DNA of 64,000 bases from an uncultured Candidatus Saccharimonas sp. Its GTDB lineage: Bacteria > Patescibacteriota > Saccharimonadia > Saccharimonadales > AQU-01. A program made the translations under genes and the position numbers. The first letter of the stretch is position 1; every line of letters starts with the position of its first letter. Shown here in pieces: positions 1 to 8,194 of the stretch. The stretch is taken from NCBI GenBank assembly GCA_943358095.1, contig CALRGT010000001.1:82842-146841 (forward strand), given 5' to 3'. A model generated the notes under the pieces. The model was given only the letters and a program-made list of their open reading frames with translations. It had not been told where the DNA came from and made no database searches.

Positions 1-2
1 AG

Positions 3-25
3 CACCCCTGCAAAGGGGTGTTTTT
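3..25 (+). terminator. Rho-independent terminator of a gene upstream of the window
   Basis: 7-bp stem CACCCCT/AGGGGTG with GCAA loop, followed by TTTTT. Confidence 0.7.
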
Positions 26-53
26 CTTTGGCTCGCTCGGTCCAGCCCCGAAC

Positions 54-390
54 GGCAACCCCAACGACTTTAGTCGGTGGAAGGTTGCCAGTTCGCTAAT
101 TTTGGAAAAAGTAATTTTCTTTTTACAAAATTATATCCTGAGACCGAGTCGCATAATGCGACGCGGCACGAGGGAGTATTCTGGCCTCCCAACTTGTTGG
201 CAGAGGTTGCCAGTTCGGTCGCTAGTCTAATGCCCGAGATTAATCTCGGCGCGTAGATTAGCGTGCGCTAGCTGGCCTCCCGAGCCAAAATTAAATACCC
301 TACCTTGCGTGGGGTATTTAATTTTGCTACCAGCGAAGCTGGTTTTGAACCAGCGACCCGCCAACTTGTTGGCGGTAGGTCGCGCCGTTC
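54..390 (+). other. Three related nested stem-loop modules (54-95, 181-217, 353-390) in an ORF-free region; class unknown
   Basis: Each module is an outer stem (GGCAACC/GGTTGCC; CTGGCCTC/GAGG..CCAG; GCGACC/GGTCGC) around a CCAAC..GTTGG hairpin, followed by AGGTTGCCAGTTCG (identical 14-mer at 82-95 and 204-217; AGGTCGCGCCGTTCG at 377-391). Confidence 0.4.
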
Positions 391-492
391 GATAATTGGC
401 ACGATTAGTGACAATTATATGCCGAAGCCAAGAAAGACAAATCCTATTAAAATTAAAGTCTTTCATGGCCTGAAGCTATAATCCAGTTCCCG

Positions 493-567
493 GAGCCAAG
501 CTGGAATAGATAAAGTCAGAACTGTAAAAAGGTTCTGACTTTTTGTTACCCAGACTGGAACTGAAAC
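493..567 (+). repeat. Copy A of a ~75-bp direct repeat flanking the DHH gene
   Basis: GAGCCAAGCTGGAATAGATAAAGTCAGAACTGTAAAAAGGTTCTGACTTTTTGTTACCCAGACTGGAACTGAAAC aligns by eye with 1522-1597, with only scattered substitutions. Confidence 0.8.
514..547 (+). terminator. Intrinsic terminator (or attenuator) inside repeat copy A
   Basis: 9-bp stem AGTCAGAAC/GTTCTGACT, 9-nt loop, then TTTTGTT. Confidence 0.6.
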
Positions 568-581
568 TAAGGGACTCTGGT

Positions 582-1499
582 ATGATAAATATAATGAAAA
601 TTGTAACCGCCGGCTCCGCCTATATGGATATTGACGCTTATGCAGGGTGTATTGCCGAAGCAGAACTGTTGAGGCTCAATGGCGAAGATGCTTATGCAGC
701 AAGTAGCGCCCCACTCAACGAAAGTATTCCCAGAAGTCTGAGAGTGTTGGGGATAAGCCTTAAAGAGTATCAACAAGGTGAGAGTGATGAATTTATTCTT
801 GTAGATGTCTCAAAAGAAGATTTTTTTGATCCGATAGTTAAGAATGGAACTGTAGTTGAGGTAATAGATCATCACCCAGGACAGGAAAAGTATTGGCAAG
901 AAAAAATTGGAGATAAAGCGGATATTGAATTTATAGGGGCTTCCTGTACACAAATCTTTGAACGCTGGCAAGCTGGTAATAGATTACAAGAAATGAAACC
1001 AGAAATTGCACGTCTATTGGCGGCAGGGATACTAGACAATACTCTGAACTTTAATGCCGATGTGACAACTCAACGAGACAGAAATGCGTACGCAACTCTG
1101 AAACAAGTTGGTCATTTACCTGACGATTTCGCCGCTCAATACTTTACTGAATGCCAAGCATCAATCGAAGATAACTTTGAACAAGCAGTTTCAAACGATA
1201 TAAAAACAATGGAAGAAGCACCAAAATTACCACATACATTTGGGCAGCTAACTGTCTGGGACGCAAGAGCTTTTGCACTCGACAAAAAGGACTTAATAGC
1301 CCAGATATTAAATAATCGTAATTCTGATTGGGCGTTAAACCTAATAAGTATTAGTGAAGGTCGGAGCTATTTACTGAGTGATAGCGAGAGTGGTCAGACT
1401 AAGCTTAAGGCTTTAATTGGTTCAGATTTTAATGAAGGTATTGCCGAAGCAGATAGGCTCTGGCTCAGGAAAGAACTATTGAATCTCGCTTTATCATAG
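582..1499 (+). CDS. DHH/DHHA2-family phosphoesterase (family II pyrophosphatase/exopolyphosphatase-like)
   Basis: Motifs MDIDAYAG, LVDVS, VIDHHPG and GILDNT, plus a DHHA2-like C-terminal half ending ADRLWLRKE. ATG at 582 follows AAGGGA at good spacing. The ORF-track start at 543 is a TTG inside the upstream terminator. Confidence 0.75.
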   Translation: MINIMKIVTAGSAYMDIDAYAGCIAEAELLRLNGEDAYAASSAPLNESIPRSLRVLGISLKEYQQGESDEFILVDVSKEDFFDPIVKNGTVVEVIDHHPGQEKYWQEKIGDKADIEFIGASCTQIFERWQAGNRLQEMKPEIARLLAAGILDNTLNFNADVTTQRDRNAYATLKQVGHLPDDFAAQYFTECQASIEDNFEQAVSNDIKTMEEAPKLPHTFGQLTVWDARAFALDKKDLIAQILNNRNSDWALNLISISEGRSYLLSDSESGQTKLKALIGSDFNEGIAEADRLWLRKELLNLALS

Positions 1500-1521
1500 T
1501 TATAACTTCCTCTATCGTGGT

Positions 1522-1597
1522 GAGCCAAGCTGGAACAGATAAAGTCAGAACTGTGAAAATGGTTCTGACATTTTGTATACCCAGAATGGAATTGAAC
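1522..1597 (+). repeat. Copy B of the ~75-bp direct repeat flanking the DHH gene
   Basis: Aligns with 493-567 and begins 23 nt after the DHH stop codon. Confidence 0.8.
1543..1574 (+). terminator. Intrinsic terminator of the DHH gene (inside repeat copy B)
   Basis: Stem AGTCAGAAC/GTTCTGAC followed by ATTTTG. Confidence 0.6.
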
Positions 1598-1718
1598 CCG
1601 ATTTCACACTAATAATCATAAAAGCCTACGAGTACCAAAGCAAAACTCCAACGCCATTTTTTAGTATCCGTTGATCTGACACTTTGGCGTAAACATGCAC
1701 ACTTTTGCTCAGAAAAGT

Positions 1719-1934
1719 CTAAGAACTTGTCAGGTCAGATAGCTTGACCTTTAAGGCTTTGGCTAGTTTCTCAAGCGTTAGCAGAGATGGGTTGCGTAGT
1801 CCGTTCTCAATTTCTGAAATATAGCTTCGGTCTACTTTGGCGGTAAAGCCAAGCTGTTCTTGAGATAGTCCCTGACTTTTTCGTAAATCGTGTAGTTGCT
1901 TACCGATCTTTTGCTTTGAACTTGTTCTGCCCAT
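1719..1934 (-). CDS. XRE-family helix-turn-helix transcriptional regulator
   Basis: LRKSQGLSQEQLGFTAKVDRSYISEIENGLRNPSLLTLEKLAKAL is a classic Cro/C1-type HTH. Confidence 0.85.
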   Translation of the reverse strand: MGRTSSKQKIGKQLHDLRKSQGLSQEQLGFTAKVDRSYISEIENGLRNPSLLTLEKLAKALKVKLSDLTSS

Positions 1935-1968
1935 GCAGAAAGAATGGCATTGTGGACGTTATATCTCA

Positions 1969-1997
1969 GTAGGCTATTGCCTACAATTTACTTGTAG
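1969..1997. promoter_or_regulatory. Two overlapping palindromes in the divergent XRE / small-ORF promoter region (candidate operators)
   Basis: GTAGGC-TATT-GCCTAC (1969-1984) and CTACAA-TTTAC-TTGTAG (1981-1997). Confidence 0.4.
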
Positions 1998-2069
1998 TGT
2001 AACTGTATGTATGCAAAAATAACAATATAGACGATAATCCACAGAATAGAAGTAATTAAGGAGGTAAGT

Positions 2070-2306
2070 ATGGTCGGAAAAGTAGGAAAAATAGTTATAG
2101 ACACAGTTTTATCATTTATGTTTTTCATAGTGGCAGCGATTATACTCGAAGCGATTGCACAGATGATTTTTGGGAAAAAGAGTGGCGGTGGTGCTGATGT
2201 TAATGGTCACGTAATGCTTGCAATAGATTGCTTGCTTACATTAGCTTTTGCTGTTTGTTTCTATAAGTTCGTTCATCTTGGTAAGAATAGCAAAGAAAAA
2301 GAATAA
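2070..2306 (+). CDS. Small two-TM membrane protein, function unknown
   Basis: Strong SD TAAGGAGG upstream of the ATG; two hydrophobic helices (FMFFIVAAIILEAIAQMIF, LAIDCLLTLAFAVCFY). Confidence 0.6.
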   Translation: MVGKVGKIVIDTVLSFMFFIVAAIILEAIAQMIFGKKSGGGADVNGHVMLAIDCLLTLAFAVCFYKFVHLGKNSKEKE

Positions 2307-2473
2307 TGATCGAGGCACTCGTTGGAGGTCTTTTTGTTGGTTGGATTACCCGTAGAGTTATTAAAAGTTACGAAAAGGACAGCACGAAAACAAAACCAAA
2401 AAACAAAAGGCGTAAAGAAATCGACGAAGAACTGATCACAGCGATTCTTCCTGTTATTAACAGCAAAAAATGA
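2306..2473 (+). CDS. 55-aa single-TM, Lys-rich protein (below the ORF-track cut-off)
   Basis: TAATG stop/start overlap with the preceding ORF. My translation is MIEALVGGLFVGWITRRVIKSYEKDSTKTKPKNKRRKEIDEELITAILPVINSKK. Confidence 0.45.
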   Translation: MIEALVGGLFVGWITRRVIKSYEKDSTKTKPKNKRRKEIDEELITAILPVINSKK

Positions 2474-2483
2474 CGTTGAGTGG

Positions 2484-2837
2484 TCAAAATTTGGGGAAAA
2501 AATTTGGGGGGATTTCGTCCTTAATATTATCTAGTGTTGAAGCCTCCGGTATAGACTGCAAGACGACATCATGGCGAAAAGTCGGAGCTGGGCTAGATTG
2601 TTCGTGCAAAGCACTAATAGACAAACTACCAATTGATTTAATAAATAAATCTTGCGGCTTATACGGCAATTCACTTATGTTTTCTGCCTGATAATAGACA
2701 GCAGCCTCGACCCTTTGCTGCGTATGCTGGGGCTCTGACTCAAACATTGGTATTGTTGCTGCCAAAGCGACGCCAATAGACGCGGCCTTAACTAATCTTA
2801 ATTTTTCTGACATTGCTGACCTCACTTTAGTGCGCAC
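2484..2837 (-). CDS. Hypothetical secreted or anchored protein
   Basis: N-terminal hydrophobic segment AASIGVALAATIPMF. The start is more likely the ATG at 2813 (GTGAGG upstream) than the GTG at 2837. Confidence 0.5.
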   Translation of the reverse strand: MRTKVRSAMSEKLRLVKAASIGVALAATIPMFESEPQHTQQRVEAAVYYQAENISELPYKPQDLFIKSIGSLSISALHEQSSPAPTFRHDVVLQSIPEASTLDNIKDEIPPNFFPKF

Positions 2838-3134
2838 GCAAACATAGACTCGACAAAATTCGAGCGCGACGTAATAGCGTTTTTAATAACTTCTTTTTGT
2901 CAGTGGTTTGGCTATATTAGTTTTTGACTGAAACACGGTCTGGTTCCACGCTTAGCGTCTCTGTCAAAATAGTCAAATGTTTCACCAACAAAAGTAATCT
3001 TATTTTAACATAATATTCATATTAAGCCAAAATTCACCAAGCACCATCATGTATCTTCAGCCCAATAACCGATACTATGTCGTCATGATAGTTGATATAA
3101 TAGAACTATAAGTAGTAGCGAGGGGACGAAGAAG

Positions 3135-3815
3135 GTGTTAAAAAGGATACTCAAAAAAGTTCGAGCCAATAGTAGGCTAGATTGGCTTTCATATTCGGCT
3201 ATGGCCTTGAGTATATTGTTAATTATTTTTGGATCAGTAGGGCAGGCGGACAAGTACAAAACGACACACAGTACTACAAAGTTACAATCAGTTGTCGAAA
3301 GTCCGACAACTAATACTAGTGAAGCGCCGGTAGATGTAAATGACAAATCTTATATCGTCGCTCCAGACAAACCAAGAGCGCTGATCATGCCAAGTATTGG
3401 AGTTCATGGCTTTGTTCAACAAGTCGGAGAAACTACAGACAGTGCAATAGATGTCCCTAATAACATAAACCTAGCAGGTTGGTACAAAAACAGTGCCAAG
3501 CCAGGCGACGCGGGTCTTAGCATCATTGACGGGCATGTGTCGGGCAAGTATAACCCGGCGATCTTCAAGAACTTACAAAACCTCAAAACAAACGATATCT
3601 TTACCATAGAGTTTGGTGACGGGCATCGCAAAGAGTTCAAGGTTGCGAGCATCGGCAATTTTACATTAAACGACGCCAATCAAGAACTATTTAAGCAAAA
3701 TCCCAAAATAACTAATCAACTAAACCTAGTTACTTGTAGCGGCAAATACGACAATTCTAATCAGTCCTACGACAAGCGCCTAATCGTTGTTGCCCAGCTA
3801 GTATCCTACCTATAG
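3135..3815 (+). CDS. Sortase-family transpeptidase
   Basis: N-terminal TM, catalytic-type His (IDGHVSG), LVTCSG Cys motif and a downstream Arg (KRLIVVAQ). Confidence 0.8.
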   Translation: MLKRILKKVRANSRLDWLSYSAMALSILLIIFGSVGQADKYKTTHSTTKLQSVVESPTTNTSEAPVDVNDKSYIVAPDKPRALIMPSIGVHGFVQQVGETTDSAIDVPNNINLAGWYKNSAKPGDAGLSIIDGHVSGKYNPAIFKNLQNLKTNDIFTIEFGDGHRKEFKVASIGNFTLNDANQELFKQNPKITNQLNLVTCSGKYDNSNQSYDKRLIVVAQLVSYL

Positions 3816-3848
3816 CAGGGGGATGAATAATATATAAAATATCAGTTG

Positions 3849-4340
3849 CTAGACGGCCACTGAAAGCAGTTTCTTAATATCACTTGCTATCTCTGAAGGC
3901 TCAACAGCAGGGGCGTATCGCTTAACGACGACACCGTTTCGATCAACTAAAAATTTCGTAAAGTTCCACTTAATCCTTCCGCCAAACAAGCCAGATTGCT
4001 GCTTCTTTAAATATTTATAGAGCGGGGCAGCCTTGATGCCGTTTACATTAATTTTGGCAAAAGTCTCAAAAGTAACACCGAAATTTACCTGACAAAAACT
4101 AACATTCGCCTCGTCGCTATCTGGTGCTTGATTAGCAAATTGATTGCAAGGGAAGTCCAATATCTCTAGTCCGTCGCTTTGATAATTTTTATAAAGCTCC
4201 TGTAAACCGGCATACTGTGGCGCAAAACCACACTTTGGAGCAGTATTAACTATCAACATAACCTTGCCTTTATATTTATCCAAAGTGACCGTGTCGCCAC
4301 CTACTTGCTTAATCTTGAAATCATAAATTGTCATATTCAC
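3849..4340 (-). CDS. Glutathione peroxidase-family thiol peroxidase
   Basis: NTAPKCGFAPQYAGLQELY and WNFTKFLVDRNG motifs. Confidence 0.85.
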   Translation of the reverse strand: MNMTIYDFKIKQVGGDTVTLDKYKGKVMLIVNTAPKCGFAPQYAGLQELYKNYQSDGLEILDFPCNQFANQAPDSDEANVSFCQVNFGVTFETFAKINVNGIKAAPLYKYLKKQQSGLFGGRIKWNFTKFLVDRNGVVVKRYAPAVEPSEIASDIKKLLSVAV

Positions 4341-4393
4341 CCCTATAATTAGTACCTATACATACTACCTGAATATGGGGAACGTGACTACGC

Positions 4394-5083
4394 TTAAGAT
4401 TTAACTATTGAAGCAAATATGACGGTATTCTTGGTGTAATGTCCTGTTGAACGGTCAAAGGACCCACCACAAGTGATAAGACGCAGGCCGGGGTGGTCGA
4501 TGGCCCCATAAACCTCTTGAGTGCCAAAATTATCTTGGCTGTATTCTTGTAGAGCCTCAACAGCGAAGGTAACGATACTGCCGTCCGCTCTAGTTATGAT
4601 AATTTTATCTTCTGGGAGTAGCTCTTTTAAACGCCAGAAAACTGACTTTGAAGCATAAGTCACAAGATGAGCATCTATCACTGACGGACCGATTTCACCC
4701 GGCGAGGGACCTCCAACGTACCAACCAGCCACCTCACTAAGAACAGGTGGAGTAGCCAGGGAACCGTCAGCTAACAAGCCTACAGGAATCACATCTGTAT
4801 CGACTCCTATTCTAGGAATAACTATGCGAATGGGTTGCGAGCGCGGCATGCCGATAGCGGCAGTAGGCTTGATAGGGGAATAATAAGTGGTCGCGGGCTT
4901 AAGTCTAGGAGTAGATAAAGCGCAGTAACTAAGTAGCAACACATTGGCGATAATTAATACCGCAAATAATCTAAGAATAGACAAAGATGGCCGACCAACC
5001 GCCGACCATCTACTACCAACACTTTTATTTACGATTTTAGTCGCAAATTTTCTTTTGGTTATTGGGCGAATTTTCTTAAACAT
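4394..5083 (-). CDS. Sortase (class F-like)
   Basis: N-terminal TM, VIDAHLV His region, LRLITCGGSFD Cys motif. Confidence 0.8.
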   Translation of the reverse strand: MFKKIRPITKRKFATKIVNKSVGSRWSAVGRPSLSILRLFAVLIIANVLLLSYCALSTPRLKPATTYYSPIKPTAAIGMPRSQPIRIVIPRIGVDTDVIPVGLLADGSLATPPVLSEVAGWYVGGPSPGEIGPSVIDAHLVTYASKSVFWRLKELLPEDKIIITRADGSIVTFAVEALQEYSQDNFGTQEVYGAIDHPGLRLITCGGSFDRSTGHYTKNTVIFASIVKS

Positions 5084-5625
5084 AAACCTAAGGCAAGGAT
5101 TACGGTTGAACCAATAATACCTAATGCTTGAACATCAGAGCTATGAGCTACGCCGGCCTTTACGCCACCTTTTGGAATAGTACTAGATGCGTGAGGAACG
5201 GTGGTGATAGGCGTTGCAGGTTTTGTTGGTACCACAGGAATTACAGGTGTTTTTATTGGAGTAACGCAGTGTTCGTGTTCGTGTTCGTGTTCGTGTTCAT
5301 CATTGTCGTCATGAGATGAATGATCACTATCATCTTTATGAGGCTTATCGTCACCATCATTGTCATGATTCGTATGATCGCTGTGAGTATTAGTATCTTC
5401 TTTCTTTGTTGAAGAATGCTCGATCTCTGAACTGTTAGATTTCTTTGTGTGCTCGGTCTTTGAATGATCTGAGTCACGTGAATCTTCAGTAGTACGTGAA
5501 TGAGTAGTCTCGCTATCTTCACTTCTAGAATGAGCCATAGCTGAACTCGGCATAGCAACAGTAGTAGTCAAAACTATCGAAGCTAAAACAATAATAAAGT
5601 TCTTAATTGATTTCATGGATAACAC
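5059..5625 (-). CDS. Secreted His/Asp/Glu-rich protein with a C-terminal hydrophobic anchor and basic tail
   Basis: Signal peptide MLSMKSIKNFIIVLASIVLTTTVAMPSSAMA, (EH)x5 and many HS/HD runs, C-terminus ALGIIGSTVILALGLCLRKFAQ. The 3' end overlaps the sortase start by 25 nt. Confidence 0.7.
   Translation of the reverse strand: MLSMKSIKNFIIVLASIVLTTTVAMPSSAMAHSRSEDSETTHSRTTEDSRDSDHSKTEHTKKSNSSEIEHSSTKKEDTNTHSDHTNHDNDGDDKPHKDDSDHSSHDDNDEHEHEHEHEHCVTPIKTPVIPVVPTKPATPITTVPHASSTIPKGGVKAGVAHSSDVQALGIIGSTVILALGLCLRKFAQ
5269..5298. repeat. Hexanucleotide tandem repeat (GTGTTC)x5, encoding (EH)x5 on the minus strand
   Basis: Five perfect tandem copies read directly from the sequence. Confidence 0.9.
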
Positions 5626-5761
5626 CTTGCCTTCCTTAAATAAAACTATACTAAACCATATTATCTGTCATTATAGTTAATTTGTCAATAATGTTTTAAT
5701 AAATGCATGCGGACCTAGCATGATTCAATCCCAATAAGTGCATACATGATAAGATACAATA

Positions 5762-6172
5762 ATGAGAAAAATTGCTAAAGCACTAATAATAGATACCGAG
5801 GGCAAGGTCCTTGTACTATACCGTAGCGACAGCCACCCACATTTCGCTAGACACCTAGACTTTCCTGGTGGAATTGTCGAGCCCGATGAATTAGCAGTAG
5901 AAGCCGTAGCACGCGAAATATACGAAGAAGCGGGCATAACAATAAAAAAGACAGATCTCAAACTCATACACGAAGAGACCATGCCAAGCGGCAAAATTTG
6001 CATGCTTTACTCGTGCGCCCTTAAGTCAGAAAGACCAGTCGTCAAAATAAGCTGGGAGCACGGACACTCAGAATGGCTAACTACAGATCAAATAATCGAC
6101 ATTCCTATGCCAGAAAAAGTAGACGATTACTTTGAAATGGTCGTCCGCTACTTACGCTCAACAATAGCCTAG
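5762..6172 (+). CDS. NUDIX hydrolase
   Basis: Nudix box GGIVEPDELAVEAVAREIYEEAGI. Confidence 0.85.
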   Translation: MRKIAKALIIDTEGKVLVLYRSDSHPHFARHLDFPGGIVEPDELAVEAVAREIYEEAGITIKKTDLKLIHEETMPSGKICMLYSCALKSERPVVKISWEHGHSEWLTTDQIIDIPMPEKVDDYFEMVVRYLRSTIA

Positions 6173-6174
6173 TA

Positions 6175-6720
6175 TTGACTATTTATAGTTCTTATGCTAT
6201 TATATACCTAATGCACGAAATATTGTGTCGAGAATTGAAATACGAAGAAGGCAACAACGAACTACAGGCCTATCTAAAAGATTCTCCTGGATCGGACTTT
6301 TCTGGAGAGTTAGTAGACAATTCTGACGGAATAAAGTCTTTTACATACTTATCTCTTCATGTTAAGCCTGAAATGCGTCGCCAAGGAATCGCAAGTAAAT
6401 TAGTTAGTAATCTTGCCGCCGCTGCTATACATTACAGAGCGAATAGTTTTGAGGGCAGCGTAAGCTCAGAACATACTCTAAAAATATTTGATAAACTTTT
6501 TGGTGAGAATAACATCGAATACTACGACTATGACAATGAAAATAACAGAGTATACCTCCCTATGACCAACTCTCAAGCAATATCATCTCTAGAAAGAGCT
6601 GCTAATTTTGAATCTAATCAAGAATGGCGCGATCACAACATAGAAGTTGACGTTAATCTATCTGATCCTAAATTAAGTCTACCAACACCGGTATTTGAAG
6701 ATCACACAAACAGAAAATAA
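6175..6720 (+). CDS. GNAT-like acetyltransferase domain protein (weak)
   Basis: VKPEMRRQGIASKLVSNLAAAA resembles GNAT motif A. The start is ambiguous (TTG 6175 or ATG 6211). Confidence 0.5.
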   Translation: MTIYSSYAIIYLMHEILCRELKYEEGNNELQAYLKDSPGSDFSGELVDNSDGIKSFTYLSLHVKPEMRRQGIASKLVSNLAAAAIHYRANSFEGSVSSEHTLKIFDKLFGENNIEYYDYDNENNRVYLPMTNSQAISSLERAANFESNQEWRDHNIEVDVNLSDPKLSLPTPVFEDHTNRK

Positions 6721-6874
6721 GCTCAGCGGCATCTTATACAAAAAACCGACCCCAGATAATTTGTAGTAAAACTACTTATTTCTAAGGGTCGGTATTCTAA
6801 AGGCGCTCTTTATTAGCGTACTTTAGGGGTTGCTAATAATTGCAGCCTTTTATACAAGTACTGATTATATCGAA

Positions 6875-7081
6875 CTATTCACCTAGTTGAGTTGCGGCAA
6901 TAACAGCACTAATCAAAATGAATGCGCCGCCAAAACCGTAAAGAGTATATGCTGCAGTTCCGCCAGCAATCCAGCCAATAGCAACTAGAGCTAGTCCTGC
7001 CAATATTAGAAATGTCGAACTAACAATAATTCTACCGCCCAATTCGTATGCTTTGTTTGTTGATTTTGTTTTCTTAGCCAT
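6875..7081 (-). CDS. Small two-TM membrane protein
   Basis: 68 aa, Gly/Ala-rich hydrophobic helices, Lys-rich N-terminus. Confidence 0.55.
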   Translation of the reverse strand: MAKKTKSTNKAYELGGRIIVSSTFLILAGLALVAIGWIAGGTAAYTLYGFGGAFILISAVIAATQLGE

Positions 7082-7304
7082 TTTTTTACCCCTAATAAAA
7101 TTTAATATACCGTCAGTATACTAAGCATAAGCAGTTAATGCAATAGCTAGCTCTTGCTACTTACTGAAGTCAATTCGTAGCAATGATTACAACCCTGTTT
7201 GATTCTGTCATTTGTTCATTAATCACTGTAATCTTGCATGCAAATACTCAGCCGTACTCCTGAGATATGAGGTTTCTGTACCTAGGTTTGATACAATAAC
7301 CTGA

Positions 7305-8192
7305 ATGGAAAATAAATCTCGACCCCGTTTTAGCGTAGTTATACCGGCCTATAATGAAGCACCGTACCTACCACAAACTCTAGCCTCACTAAAAAAGCAA
7401 AACTTCGCAGGCGAAGTTGAAATAATAGTAGTAGACAATAACAGCACAGATCTCACCGCCGACATAGCTAGAAGCCTGGGAGCGAAAGTGGTTGAAGAGA
7501 AGCGTCCCGGCGTATGTTTTGCACGACAAAAAGGCACAGAAGTTGCCAGAGGGGAAATCGTGGTATCAACAGATGCTGACACTCAATTTCACGTTGATTG
7601 GTTGTCTAAAATAGATGGTATGTTTCAAAAGGACGAAGAGGCGGTAGCTGTAGTTGGATCGTGTCATTATACTGATGGTCCTATTTGGGGAACATTATAT
7701 CCTTACGCTTTATTTGGTGTAATAAGCACTATTTATCGTATAACTGGCAAAACCTATTATGCTACAGCAACTAACATTGCCTTCAAAAAGGAGCATTGGA
7801 TTGGATATGACACCAACCTTACTCAGGGGGGAGATGAGGTAGATCTTATCCGTAATTTACGCAGCAAGGGCAAGGTGGTGTTTGTTAACGGCAACCCCAC
7901 ACTAACTTCTGCCAGACGCCTAGCCAGAGGCTTCATTTACAATTTTTTTGTCACATTTTGGATATATTACTTTCTCGAATACAACCTAAGTCGTAGATTT
8001 AAAAGATCGATAATTGGTACTGCACCTCATTTCCGCAACGACTATAGTCCAAAAATACTGTCGGTCATCAACGCCTTAATTGTCGCAGCTCTAGCTATAG
8101 CACTAATCACACAGCAAAATGCTCGACATTATGTCGTTAGAGAGACAACTCAAGTCATCAAAAAGACAACTCAAGTCATAGACAGGCGTTAA
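7305..8192 (+). CDS. Family 2 glycosyltransferase
   Basis: FSVVIPAYNEAPYL, VVDNNSTD and STDADT motifs. Confidence 0.85.
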   Translation: MENKSRPRFSVVIPAYNEAPYLPQTLASLKKQNFAGEVEIIVVDNNSTDLTADIARSLGAKVVEEKRPGVCFARQKGTEVARGEIVVSTDADTQFHVDWLSKIDGMFQKDEEAVAVVGSCHYTDGPIWGTLYPYALFGVISTIYRITGKTYYATATNIAFKKEHWIGYDTNLTQGGDEVDLIRNLRSKGKVVFVNGNPTLTSARRLARGFIYNFFVTFWIYYFLEYNLSRRFKRSIIGTAPHFRNDYSPKILSVINALIVAALAIALITQQNARHYVVRETTQVIKKTTQVIDRR

Positions 8193-8194
8193 AT

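Noticed and set aside
28-400. Possible tRNA genes in the first 0.4 kb (T-arm-like GCTGG-TTCAAAA-CCAGC at 338-354; GTTCG tails of the three modules)
   Set aside because: No cloverleaf can be built. The candidate anticodon hairpins have 4-, 6- or 8-nt loops, never 7. The acceptor strands do not pair (best case 5 of 7). The would-be T-stems have no 3' partner. I kept this as a finding about tRNA-like fragments, not as tRNA features.
514-540. Hairpin GAACT-GTAAAAA-GGTTC read as an anticodon arm (UUU on the minus strand, AAA on the plus strand)
   Set aside because: There is no adjacent D-arm, T-arm or acceptor stem in either repeat copy. The hairpin with its U-tract is better explained as a terminator.
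5128-5558. ORFs 5128..5319(+) and 5253..5558(-) within the His-rich gene
   Set aside because: These are alternative-frame artefacts of the low-complexity, repeat-rich coding sequence of 5059..5625.
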